In this document: piece after piece, positions 1 through 8,121 of the stretch
How the letters are laid out: every line of letters begins with the position of its first letter
How positions within the stretch are numbered: the stretch's first letter is position 1
IMG/VR virus record: IMGVR_UViG_3300037155_000067
Span: 1-51,280 of that record
DNA length: 51,280 nucleotides
Origin: a virus
Lineage: Duplodnaviria > Caudoviricetes
Reading direction: 5' to 3' (one strand)
The notes under the pieces: generated by a model
The model's input: only the letters and a program-made list of their open reading frames with translations
What the model was told of the DNA's origin: nothing
Databases searched by the model: none
Made by a program: the position numbers and the translations under genes

Positions 1-127
1 GCGATTCGAGATGCCGTTCCGTCAAAGGATTACGAGGCCATCGCGATGAATTTCAAGAAAATGGTGAGAATTTGGCGTGGAACGAGCATTGAATCCGGTA
101 TGACACGGCGCCGGCTTGCTGAGGCCG
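1..127. repeat. Terminal direct repeat, copy 1 (circular assembly overlap)
   Basis: Identical to 51154-51280; 127 bp is a common assembler k-mer size; an ORF reads through the junction. Confidence 0.95.
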
Positions 128-147
128 CTCTAGTGCTGACTCCTTAA
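1..147 (+). CDS. 3' end of the endolysin that starts at 50515 and spans the junction
   Basis: Frame 1 reads AIRDAVPSKDYEAIAMNFKKMVRIWRGTSIESGMTRRRLAEAALVLTP*; GxTRRRxAExxL is a typical phage lysozyme C-terminal motif. Confidence 0.85.
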   Translation, partial: AIRDAVPSKDYEAIAMNFKKMVRIWRGTSIESGMTRRRLAEAALVLTP

Positions 148-1955
148 AAATATTCTGTCTCCACCTCAAAATCTTCCGTATAGCATTCTCCACCGTCGAA
201 ATCTTGCTCGATCACTTCGCGTTCCAGGGCTTTATTTGATTCGCTTTTCATTGGTGTTTTGATGCTGGCATGAACACCTTTTCGTCTCAGCAATTCGATG
301 TAAAATGAGAGCGCGTCGGCCTCATTCGGGCTTGATGGAAGCTCGTCCTTTTTCTGGATAGCTTTCTTTTTCTTGGAAGGGTCCCATTTTCTTTGGCAGA
401 GTTGGATGGCCGTCGTGTCGTCCATGCCCCTGATGATATCCGCCTCGACGTATTCTCGAATCGACCCGTAAAGCTCGGACACGCGGCGATCGTAAATTTC
501 CTTCGCCGGCCGCGGATCTTCTTCCGACACGATCATGTCCGACGGCGCCCCTCCTTCTTCGCAGGTGTGAATTAGTGGCGACCATTCGCGCTGGCAGGTT
601 GCAGCAACACCCGAGCCGATTCCCGTTGTTCCTGCGATGAATTCATCCGGTCGAATGCCTCGAGATAGGCAGAGCGATTTTACCTTTTCGGCGATTTGGT
701 ATTCCGCCGGGTTATTCGGATCATCGACAATGATCGGAATGCCGATAACTTCGTCCAGCAACGCGCGGAAAACGTTGTCGGTGTCTATCCCGCGTTTGAA
801 CGTTCGGAAACAGCATTTGTCACCCCCGAAACCTGGATCGAGGGAAGCCGAGACAACAAATCCGCTTTTCCATATCACTTTATCGAAAGCTTTATGCGAA
901 TGTAGAAGCGCCTCGGAAAGAACGGTGTCGTCAACTCCTTCAGGTGGCGGCAAGCCCTTCACCATGATGTAATATGTCCGCGTGTTTCTTCCTCCGGACT
1001 GCCGTTCGATGTCGGCGCGATCTTCCTCGGTCATTAGGCCGGTCCATTTGCCTTTGTCCTTGATGTTTGGGGATTGCTCGCCGTCGAAGCGCAAACACTT
1101 CACGCCCTTTGCCGACATCCATTCGGTCCCCATCGCTTCGGTGATCGGTCGGCCTGGAGCGGTTTCCATTTGTTTTCCGAGCGGATTCAGGGACGACGGA
1201 AGGTTGCCGAGGTCAATTGTCTGAAATTCTTCCGTGCCGATGCGCAGGTTGGATTCCACATCGATAATCGCCTGGCTCACGGCGTCGCTTTCGTCTCGCA
1301 CGATCAAAACCCTGCGCGCGTGATAACCCTTGATCGCCCCCACGGCTTTCTCAATGTCGCCTTGCTCGACCGGCACGACATAGATCCCGTGGACGAAATC
1401 ACCTGGCGTGCTACGAATTGCGGGCTTTGGCGCTCCGACGATCATGCTCGTGCCCATCTTACCGACCCGCCGCGAAACTTCTGCGTAAGCCGTGCTGATG
1501 CTCTTCCAGATACGCTTGCGAGCTGCGTCAATCGAAGTCGAAGCGATCACGACCGCCGTCTCGTCCGCGGCGCACATCCAGAATTTGAATGCGTAATCGC
1601 CGGCCGTATAGCTTTTCGAGGAGCCGCCGCCGCCACACAGGGCTGACCGTTGATTTTCACAAAATGCTTTGTCGGCGTCTATCGCCCACGGATTCCATTC
1701 GAAGTTTGGCCGCATCATTTCGGTCAAAATGCGCGAGTGCTGATGTCTGCCCATGCCGCTATATGGCGATTCGGCTTCTCGGTCGTGATCCGCCATATCC
1801 CATCGGCCATCGCGCAGAGTTGGGCGCCAGAGAGGTTTTACCTGCAACTTTGGCGCACACCGGAACAGCATGAGCTGCGCGTATAACGGATGCGTGCCAG
1901 CGGGAAACTTCACACCGTCAATCACCAGCATTTCGTTAGACTTCGCTTTTCCCAT
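144..1955 (-). CDS. terL: Terminase large subunit
   Basis: Walker A-like GGGGSSKS, Walker B-like VLIVRDES, coupling motif LGN, RNase H-like nuclease motifs LDPGFGGD and SPNEADA. Confidence 0.88.
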   Translation of the reverse strand: MGKAKSNEMLVIDGVKFPAGTHPLYAQLMLFRCAPKLQVKPLWRPTLRDGRWDMADHDREAESPYSGMGRHQHSRILTEMMRPNFEWNPWAIDADKAFCENQRSALCGGGGSSKSYTAGDYAFKFWMCAADETAVVIASTSIDAARKRIWKSISTAYAEVSRRVGKMGTSMIVGAPKPAIRSTPGDFVHGIYVVPVEQGDIEKAVGAIKGYHARRVLIVRDESDAVSQAIIDVESNLRIGTEEFQTIDLGNLPSSLNPLGKQMETAPGRPITEAMGTEWMSAKGVKCLRFDGEQSPNIKDKGKWTGLMTEEDRADIERQSGGRNTRTYYIMVKGLPPPEGVDDTVLSEALLHSHKAFDKVIWKSGFVVSASLDPGFGGDKCCFRTFKRGIDTDNVFRALLDEVIGIPIIVDDPNNPAEYQIAEKVKSLCLSRGIRPDEFIAGTTGIGSGVAATCQREWSPLIHTCEEGGAPSDMIVSEEDPRPAKEIYDRRVSELYGSIREYVEADIIRGMDDTTAIQLCQRKWDPSKKKKAIQKKDELPSSPNEADALSFYIELLRRKGVHASIKTPMKSESNKALEREVIEQDFDGGECYTEDFEVETEYF

Positions 1956-1963
1956 TATTTTTG

Positions 1964-1992
1964 TTGACGTATGTTACCAGTTCTGATTGAAT
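1964..1992 (+). promoter_or_regulatory. Putative sigma70-type promoter in the divergent intergenic region
   Basis: TTGACG-N17-TTGAAT upstream of the 2006 ORF. Confidence 0.4.
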
Positions 1993-2005
1993 GCGTCCAC
2001 AGTAG

Positions 2006-2140
2006 ATGCAAACCGTGCAAGTGAAACTGGCAGGTAAAACTCTTTGGGCACTCGTCGTAAAAGAGAATCGACTCACCATTTGGGTGCGGCTTCCAGACGG
2101 CAACGTGATCAAGCGTCACAAGAAAAAGCATCTCGTATGA
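2006..2140 (+). CDS. Small basic hypothetical protein (44 aa)
   Basis: MQTVQVKLAGKTLWALVVKENRL...; ATGA overlap with the glycosyltransferase start. Confidence 0.55.
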   Translation: MQTVQVKLAGKTLWALVVKENRLTIWVRLPDGNVIKRHKKKHLV

Positions 2141-3099
2141 GCCTCACGATTGCCTACATTTCGGCCCGTCGTAATAATCGCATCGAGTGGTTTTTCGATT
2201 CTCTGGCAAAGCAGGTCAAAAAGCTTCAGGAACACGTCATCGTTGTTGATCACTTCGAGAATGAATTTGGACGTAGCGAGGAAATCTTTCATAAATTCGC
2301 TAAGTCATTTACGGTGCCGCTACACATCGAGCACGAAGAAAAAGGCAACGTCCCGTCCAAATTCTTTACGCACGTCGAGCCGAAGCCTAACGTGTGGTCA
2401 GGAGATCATCGCTTGACAAAAGAGAATTGGTTTTCCGTAGCATCGTCAAGGAATAGCGCGATATGTCTTTGTCGAACAAGCCATATTGCGTTCGTGGATG
2501 ATTTGTCAGTATTGTGTCCTGGGTGGTGGCAGGCAGCGCAAGAGGCCGTAGCGGGCAGTTATATCGGGCTGGGCGCCTACCGAAAGGTCAACAATCTCCT
2601 CGTTGAGAATGGCGAGATAATCGAGTTTACGGCGACCGATGCTGGAATTGATGACCGCCTGAAGCGCGTGGATAAGGACGTGAGTGAATGCGACGGAGGT
2701 TGGCTCTATGGATGCAGCTTTGTCGCGCCTCTCGAAGATTTACTGGAAGTTGGAGGGTTTCCAGAGTTTTGTGATTCGCTCGGCGGGGAGGACTATTGCC
2801 TTGGTATCGCTCTCCGAAACGCTGGCAAGCATCTAAAGTTTGACCGGCGCATGATGACCCTCGAATCCGAGGAACTGCATTTCGTCGAGCCTGCCATGAA
2901 GCGCACCGACAAAGGCGTATCGCCTAACGACAAGTCACACGCTGCTCTCAGGATTGCGCAAGGGAGCGTCTATTACCCAAATTACTACGAAGGCGGCATC
3001 AGGGCTTTGCGCGATCATGTTCTAGCCGGTAATCCATTCCCAATTGTGCAGATACCCACTCACGACTGGTTTGACGGGCAGCCGATATCGGAGATGTAA
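2137..3099 (+). CDS. GT-A fold glycosyltransferase (GT2-like)
   Basis: Motifs VIVVDH, ASSRNSAI, IAFVDD (DxD-like), VGGFPEF and GGED; start moved to ATG 2137 (ATGA overlap). Confidence 0.8.
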   Translation: MSLTIAYISARRNNRIEWFFDSLAKQVKKLQEHVIVVDHFENEFGRSEEIFHKFAKSFTVPLHIEHEEKGNVPSKFFTHVEPKPNVWSGDHRLTKENWFSVASSRNSAICLCRTSHIAFVDDLSVLCPGWWQAAQEAVAGSYIGLGAYRKVNNLLVENGEIIEFTATDAGIDDRLKRVDKDVSECDGGWLYGCSFVAPLEDLLEVGGFPEFCDSLGGEDYCLGIALRNAGKHLKFDRRMMTLESEELHFVEPAMKRTDKGVSPNDKSHAALRIAQGSVYYPNYYEGGIRALRDHVLAGNPFPIVQIPTHDWFDGQPISEM

Positions 3100-3100
3100 A

Positions 3101-3625
3101 ATGGGTGCCATATCAATCAATGAAGTTACTCAGCCTGTCATCGGAAGGTTCTATGTCGTACCCACTGTGTTTAATGCAGGCTGGAAGATCAATGTGCCGA
3201 TTTATGGTCCACCACATAACGATAAGGAATATCTGGATTTCGAAGAAGAACATTATCATGTCGATTGGAGATTCGTGGGGAATCGGTTTTATCGTTACCG
3301 ATTATCCACTAGATTTGCGACCGACTGTGATCCTTCGTATTTTCTTCATGGCATTGTGACGTGTTTGAAATTCGGCAACGAAGTCCGTCCTATGCGTCTC
3401 AGAATGAAACGCGAGACTCCTAGTTATCCGCCACCTGACAAAATACCCTGGTTGAAGAAATTAGAAAATGCTTACAATTTTCACCGTTTACCGAAATGCA
3501 GAACTTGCCCGCACAAAGGGATTTCACTTTGCCACGTCAAACCCGATAATAACGGATTGATCACATGCCCTGGTCACGGTCTAACGTGGCATTCTGTTAC
3601 CGGCGCTTTAGTAAGGGGAACATGA
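3101..3625 (+). CDS. Protein with a C-terminal Rieske [2Fe-2S] motif
   Basis: CPHKG...CPGHG matches the CxH/CxxH Rieske ligands; His-rich N-terminal PHND...HYHVDWRF. Confidence 0.7.
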   Translation: MGAISINEVTQPVIGRFYVVPTVFNAGWKINVPIYGPPHNDKEYLDFEEEHYHVDWRFVGNRFYRYRLSTRFATDCDPSYFLHGIVTCLKFGNEVRPMRLRMKRETPSYPPPDKIPWLKKLENAYNFHRLPKCRTCPHKGISLCHVKPDNNGLITCPGHGLTWHSVTGALVRGT

Positions 3626-3746
3626 GACGAACAATCTCCAAACTACTTAAGTCGTCCTCGCGCGATCACCGGCATTACCGGAAGCTGAAGCGGCTCTGGC
3701 ACAAGATACCACGTCCAATGCGCGGCAAAGAGAGAAAGGCGATGCA

Positions 3747-4034
3747 GTGAACCTTTGCCTACGACTACCGTGGTTTAACCGTCGCCGTCCGTTTGTAGCG
3801 CTCCATTTTGTCCGGTGGGGCACTGAGTATAGGTCGTTTTACCGGAATAGTAGGACGGTATGGAAGATTGGTGTTGGAGCAGGAAGAGACACAACAGATA
3901 TAGTTGTGCAAGTTGTGGCGGAAGCCCTTGCATTTTCTTCTGGACTTGAAATTAATTCAATTACTGTTACGCCACCAAAAATCACCGAAATGGGACACTG
4001 GAAATGGCTTTATCTGCGCGGGAGGTGGAAATGA
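3747..4034 (+). CDS. Hypothetical protein ending HWKWLYLRGRWK
   Basis: ORF with stop/start overlaps at both ends. Confidence 0.45.
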   Translation: MNLCLRLPWFNRRRPFVALHFVRWGTEYRSFYRNSRTVWKIGVGAGRDTTDIVVQVVAEALAFSSGLEINSITVTPPKITEMGHWKWLYLRGRWK

Positions 4035-4192
4035 ATATACTTTGCGGATTGGGCGTTATAATCGGTCTTCTCGTGCTTGTATTGGCCGCGGTTAATTTGA
4101 GCCTTATGGCATGGGATGATCTCGAAGGGAAAAAACATCAACGAATGCTTGAACGTCTTCGGGCCGAAAAACGTTCAGACGAAATAATATGA
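4031..4192 (+). CDS. Small single-pass membrane protein
   Basis: GGAGG upstream; hydrophobic ILCGLGVIIGLLVLVLAAV. Confidence 0.6.
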   Translation: MNILCGLGVIIGLLVLVLAAVNLSLMAWDDLEGKKHQRMLERLRAEKRSDEII

Positions 4193-4251
4193 GCCTACGC
4201 GATCACATCAACCACTGGAAATGGCTGTACCTGCGCGGGAGGTGGAAATGA
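4189..4251 (+). CDS. 20-aa peptide MSLRDHINHWKWLYLRGRWK
   Basis: ATGA overlaps at both ends; shares its C-terminus with the 3747 ORF. Confidence 0.45.
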   Translation: MSLRDHINHWKWLYLRGRWK

Positions 4252-4487
4252 ATTCGCTACGGAACAGAAAAATCCATGAGCGTATGAGCGGAACTAAAGT
4301 AGGGGTTGTTTGCGCAATTTATCTTTTTGGAAGCATCTGTCTGTATTTTGGAATAGCGATTTGGTTAGCGATGTGGATTTTCCATCAAACTGGAAGTTGT
4401 TTGGCCGGTCTGATCTCTCCACTGTTTTCGGCAATCACATGGGTCACGTCATTGCACTATTTCAGAGAGTGGGTTTTGAAACAATGA
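4248..4487 (+). CDS. Small two-TM membrane protein
   Basis: GGAGG upstream; two hydrophobic segments. Confidence 0.55.
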   Translation: MNSLRNRKIHERMSGTKVGVVCAIYLFGSICLYFGIAIWLAMWIFHQTGSCLAGLISPLFSAITWVTSLHYFREWVLKQ

Positions 4488-5092
4488 GCCTTCCAAGTCA
4501 CATCAAGGACGCGATTGATAGTTACATCCCAACGTATGAGGGGTGGAGTACGCCAGAACGTTGCTGCGAAATGGCAGAGACGATCATCGATACTCAGCCG
4601 CTCGTTTGTGTGGATATCGGCGTGTTCGCAGGAAGGTCAACAATTTCACAAGGATTTGCGCTCAGAGAAAATCACTATGGCATGACATACGGTATAGATC
4701 CGTGGTCTCCCGAGGTTGCCTATAAAGGCGATGATGTTGAGGAGAGCGCTAAGTGGTGGAAAGAGAAATCGAACCTCGAAGAAATGCACCGGCAGGCAAT
4801 GAAGGCCGTTTGGGATCACAAACTCGAACCGTGGGTGACTATGATTAGGGCGCGCTCCGAGAATGTGATTCAATTATTCCCGCGTATCGGGTGGCTGAAC
4901 ATAGACGGAGGCCACGGCGAAGAATCCAGTTGCCGAGATGTCGAGCTTTACGTTCCAAAACTCGGTAGCGGAGGTTATCTCTTTTTTGACGACACCGACT
5001 GGCAGAGCACGCAGAAAGCTCTCGCACTAATCGAACAATCCTGCGACCTCGTGAACGACACGGGAAAAGCTAGGACTTACAGGAAACGATGA
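4484..5092 (+). CDS. Class I SAM-dependent methyltransferase (Methyltransf_24-like)
   Basis: Motifs VDIGVFAGRS, YGIDPW, LNIDGGH and GGYLFFDD. Confidence 0.85.
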   Translation: MSLPSHIKDAIDSYIPTYEGWSTPERCCEMAETIIDTQPLVCVDIGVFAGRSTISQGFALRENHYGMTYGIDPWSPEVAYKGDDVEESAKWWKEKSNLEEMHRQAMKAVWDHKLEPWVTMIRARSENVIQLFPRIGWLNIDGGHGEESSCRDVELYVPKLGSGGYLFFDDTDWQSTQKALALIEQSCDLVNDTGKARTYRKR

Positions 5093-5298
5093 TGGACTCA
5101 AATACTTCTAGAGTCAGGCGCAACGCAAAATTTCGGTTCGCTCCGTGCGGTGATTCGTCTGCGACAGAAGATGTCGAGCGGACGTTTCGGGTATCTGTTT
5201 GTGCGCGCGGATTCACCTCTGACTTCGCGCTTCCGACAAGGTTTTTTAACGGACTGACCTCATTTTTGGCTCGGCGGGCAGAAAAGCCACGAACTTAA
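5089..5298 (+). CDS. Hypothetical protein
   Basis: Fills the gap with overlaps at both ends; no motif recognised. Confidence 0.3.
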   Translation: MMDSNTSRVRRNAKFRFAPCGDSSATEDVERTFRVSVCARGFTSDFALPTRFFNGLTSFLARRAEKPRT

Positions 5299-6638
5299 TG
5301 GACTTCGAAGAAGAACAGCCAGTAGCCGTCGGGGATGACACGCCAAAAATTCAGGATCAGGCAAAATCTCACGGCTGGGCGTGCGACATCTTCAATTTCG
5401 GTAAAGCCGAGCAACAAGGCACTGATCTTTTTAATCCCGGTCTAGTCCGTCGTCCTGATGGCCTGTGGCTTCTCGTGCGTCGGTCTGAAGCGATGTCCGG
5501 TATGCCGTACGGGATGAATAAAATCGTGGCGTTTAAGCTCGATCAAGACCGAAAGCCAACCGTCGGTGTGCCGTTGAATTTCCCTGATTCGAAAGATTCC
5601 GAACAGTTCGAAGATCCGCGCGGAGTTTTTTGGAATAACCAGACATGGATCGGGGTAGTGAATTTCGAGTGGTTCCCGAACGGAAGCTGGACCGGCGCCC
5701 ATCAGGCCATTGGGATTTTTCAAGATCAGTCGAACGATTCGATGGTCGAGCAAGAAAAATGGCTATCGAGCTGGAGGCCGATTGGTCGTCGTGATCCGAT
5801 TGTCGGGACGAACAAAGGCGCGGCTGGGCACACCGACGGACGACATAACAAAAATCTGACATATTTTTTCCTTCACGACAAATTGCACTGCGTCTACACG
5901 TCTGACCCGTGGTTAGTCGTAGAATTTGGGAACAAATGGGAAGAACAAGTTCATCATGTCGGCGAGGGTCCGAAATGGAAATACGGTCTGATCCGCGGGG
6001 GCACTCCGCCGGTCTTAGTTGGCGATAAATTCTACACCTTTTTTCATTCGAGCCTTCCGTGGCGCGGTCGGTATCGACGATATTACATGGGCGCGCTGGC
6101 GTTCGAAGCAACGCCGCCATTCAAGCCAGTGCTCTGGACGCAAGAACCGTTGCTGATCGGCAGCCAGAACGATTTTTGGCATCAACAAAAGCCGTTGGTA
6201 GTATTCCCGTGCGGCGCCGTCATGGAAAATGGAAAATGGCTTGTAACTTTTGGAGTCAACGACTTGAAATCCGCATGGATCGAGATTCCGCACGAGGATT
6301 TACAGAAAATGCTCGACCCGATTCCTGCTGTGCCAGGTATATCACTTTTGTCTGATCAGACCGTCAGACCAGTTTACGAACCTATTCCTTCTGAAGATTT
6401 GAGCGGCAGCACGGAAAGGCTTGCTGGAGCGAAACCAGATAGCCAACGCAGACACGCGGGAATGGTCGGAGCTGCGCAGCCCGACTTGAACAAGAGCGAG
6501 AGTAGCGACTCGCCCGCTCAATCTCTTCCGAAGCCACGAGGCCGCCCGCGCAAAGACGGATTGCCTCCGGGATCGGTGCAGAAACCGAAACGTAAACGCA
6601 GACGTCGGAAGAAAAAAGCGTTGAAGTTGGGCGAGTAA
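5298..6638 (+). CDS. Five-bladed beta-propeller glycoside hydrolase/phosphorylase/transferase (GH130-like) with AT-hook and basic tail
   Basis: Motifs FNPGL, FEDPR, KNxxxF, RGGTPP, FFHS, VVFPCG and FGVND; tail PRGRPRK and KRKRRRRKKK. Confidence 0.75.
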   Translation: MDFEEEQPVAVGDDTPKIQDQAKSHGWACDIFNFGKAEQQGTDLFNPGLVRRPDGLWLLVRRSEAMSGMPYGMNKIVAFKLDQDRKPTVGVPLNFPDSKDSEQFEDPRGVFWNNQTWIGVVNFEWFPNGSWTGAHQAIGIFQDQSNDSMVEQEKWLSSWRPIGRRDPIVGTNKGAAGHTDGRHNKNLTYFFLHDKLHCVYTSDPWLVVEFGNKWEEQVHHVGEGPKWKYGLIRGGTPPVLVGDKFYTFFHSSLPWRGRYRRYYMGALAFEATPPFKPVLWTQEPLLIGSQNDFWHQQKPLVVFPCGAVMENGKWLVTFGVNDLKSAWIEIPHEDLQKMLDPIPAVPGISLLSDQTVRPVYEPIPSEDLSGSTERLAGAKPDSQRRHAGMVGAAQPDLNKSESSDSPAQSLPKPRGRPRKDGLPPGSVQKPKRKRRRRKKKALKLGE

Positions 6639-6656
6639 AGGCGTAAACGCTCAAGC

Positions 6657-7391
6657 GTGAGCACGCTTACAGACGCCAGAACTTTTTTGAGCCGCTATGG
6701 TGGCGCTGGCAATTCCTTTGTAGACCGCCTAAATTTCGTAATTGCGCGCCTATTGCCCGAGGTGAATTCCAAAGGCACGAAAGTCCCTGCGCGCTTCGCC
6801 GTTTACACCGATAACGACGGCAATTCGGTCGTCACGTTGCCAAGAGAACTGGAGTCGATTCTGGCCGGCGCATGGCAATCGCCAGTGCAAAATGCCGTGC
6901 CGGGAACGTTTTTCTGTGGGCGACCGTTGCCAGTTCGGAATGACTGGTTCGAATTCACGACCTCTGGCCCAGGTGATCACGTCGGCTCAGATACCCGACG
7001 TGGCATCATACCGTTGAACGGACGTTTCACGACATTCGCCGATTGGAACACGCCACTGTTGCTTCGTGTGAAGCTGGAACAAACCGAAGTCGCCGGGAAA
7101 ATTATTCTTCGCGGAATGGTGGGCGGTCAGAAGGTTTACTCGACCGATAGCGGCAATAATTGGATCGAAGGCGTCGAGCTTCTGTTCACGAACGCGACCG
7201 TGACGACAACACAGTTTTTCGATTCGCCTCCGTATGAAATCGTGAAAACTATCACGAAAGGGCGCGTGCAACTCTACACCGTGGACACCAATGCGATCGA
7301 GACGCTCGTGGGGTACTATGAGCCACAGGAGACGAATCCATCGTATCAGCGGTATGCCGTGCCTCGATGTCCAGTGCTGACAACTCCGTAA
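6657..7391 (+). CDS. Putative tail/adaptor structural protein, N-terminal part
   Basis: First gene of the tail block; beta-rich; assignment from position and general resemblance. Confidence 0.5.
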   Translation: MSTLTDARTFLSRYGGAGNSFVDRLNFVIARLLPEVNSKGTKVPARFAVYTDNDGNSVVTLPRELESILAGAWQSPVQNAVPGTFFCGRPLPVRNDWFEFTTSGPGDHVGSDTRRGIIPLNGRFTTFADWNTPLLLRVKLEQTEVAGKIILRGMVGGQKVYSTDSGNNWIEGVELLFTNATVTTTQFFDSPPYEIVKTITKGRVQLYTVDTNAIETLVGYYEPQETNPSYQRYAVPRCPVLTTP

Positions 7392-7392
7392 A

Positions 7393-7689
7393 ATGTCAAC
7401 TTTATTGCAGCCTGTTTCGACCGCGTTTGTGGCGATTTGCAAAAAATCGTACGTGGCGGCCGTGAACGATAATGACGAACTCCTGATCTCAAACTGGGGC
7501 GCGTTGCGGCTTGGTTTGCAGGCTATGCTTTCCGAGGATGCGAACGATTTTGTGCGCGCTGGTCAACTTTGGGGTGAAGCGAAACGGTTATTGATTGCGG
7601 AGGAGGAAAACCGAGTCGGAGCAGGGGCGCAGGGCTCAATTCAAATGGCCGACGACTTTGAAATGGAGTGTTTTCCAATTGGGCTATGA
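7393..7689 (+). CDS. Putative tail/adaptor structural protein, C-terminal helical part
   Basis: DNDELLISNWGALRLGLQA resembles the C-terminal helices of tail-tubular/adaptor proteins. Confidence 0.5.
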   Translation: MSTLLQPVSTAFVAICKKSYVAAVNDNDELLISNWGALRLGLQAMLSEDANDFVRAGQLWGEAKRLLIAEEENRVGAGAQGSIQMADDFEMECFPIGL

Positions 7690-8120
7690 ACGAAAACCCA
7701 ATCAATTTCTCTCGTCAGTTTCGCCCTCCCGGTTTGGCTGGGCAGACTTCCGCGCCGGCCAATGTCGAGCAGGAACCGGATGTACCGCCAGGGGCGCCAC
7801 CATACGAATCAGGTCCGCTGGCTAACGGTCCAAAGCCATCTCCTACGCCCGCGCCGCCCTCACTCTCGACATTGGCCGATGGAGGAACGAATCACCAGAC
7901 CGCCTGGATGAGCGGTCAGTCGGCTCCGCAACAATTGCCAGAGCAGAAACCGTTTGCGGCCGTCGAGGATGATTCGCCACCGGGAGCAGCTCCGTACTCG
8001 AGTGGTCCACTTGCGGTTGGTCCGAAACCGTCACCAACGCCGCGGCCACAGTCGATCGATCCTGCGGCCATCAAGCATTTCGGTTGGTCGAGCGCCTTCG
8101 ATCAGGCACCAGCATATTGA
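7686..8120 (+). CDS. Proline-rich protein with a duplicated motif
   Basis: PPGAxPYxSGPLAxGPKPSPTP occurs twice. Confidence 0.6.
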   Translation: MNENPINFSRQFRPPGLAGQTSAPANVEQEPDVPPGAPPYESGPLANGPKPSPTPAPPSLSTLADGGTNHQTAWMSGQSAPQQLPEQKPFAAVEDDSPPGAAPYSSGPLAVGPKPSPTPRPQSIDPAAIKHFGWSSAFDQAPAY

Positions 8121-8121
8121 T

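Larger units (their letters stand above)
3996..4253 (+). repeat. 41-bp direct repeat (3996-4036 and 4213-4253)
   Basis: CACTGGAAATGGCT(T/G)TA(T/C)CTGCGCGGGAGGTGGAAATGAAT, with 2 mismatches. Confidence 0.9.

Noticed and set aside
1-127. 127-bp terminal repeat as a biological direct terminal repeat
   Set aside because: The length matches a standard assembler k-mer and it falls mid-gene, so it most likely reflects circular assembly
145-1963. Invertible segment around terL (AAAAATA / TATTTTT flanks)
   Set aside because: Only 7 bp of low-complexity inverted match, and no invertase is encoded
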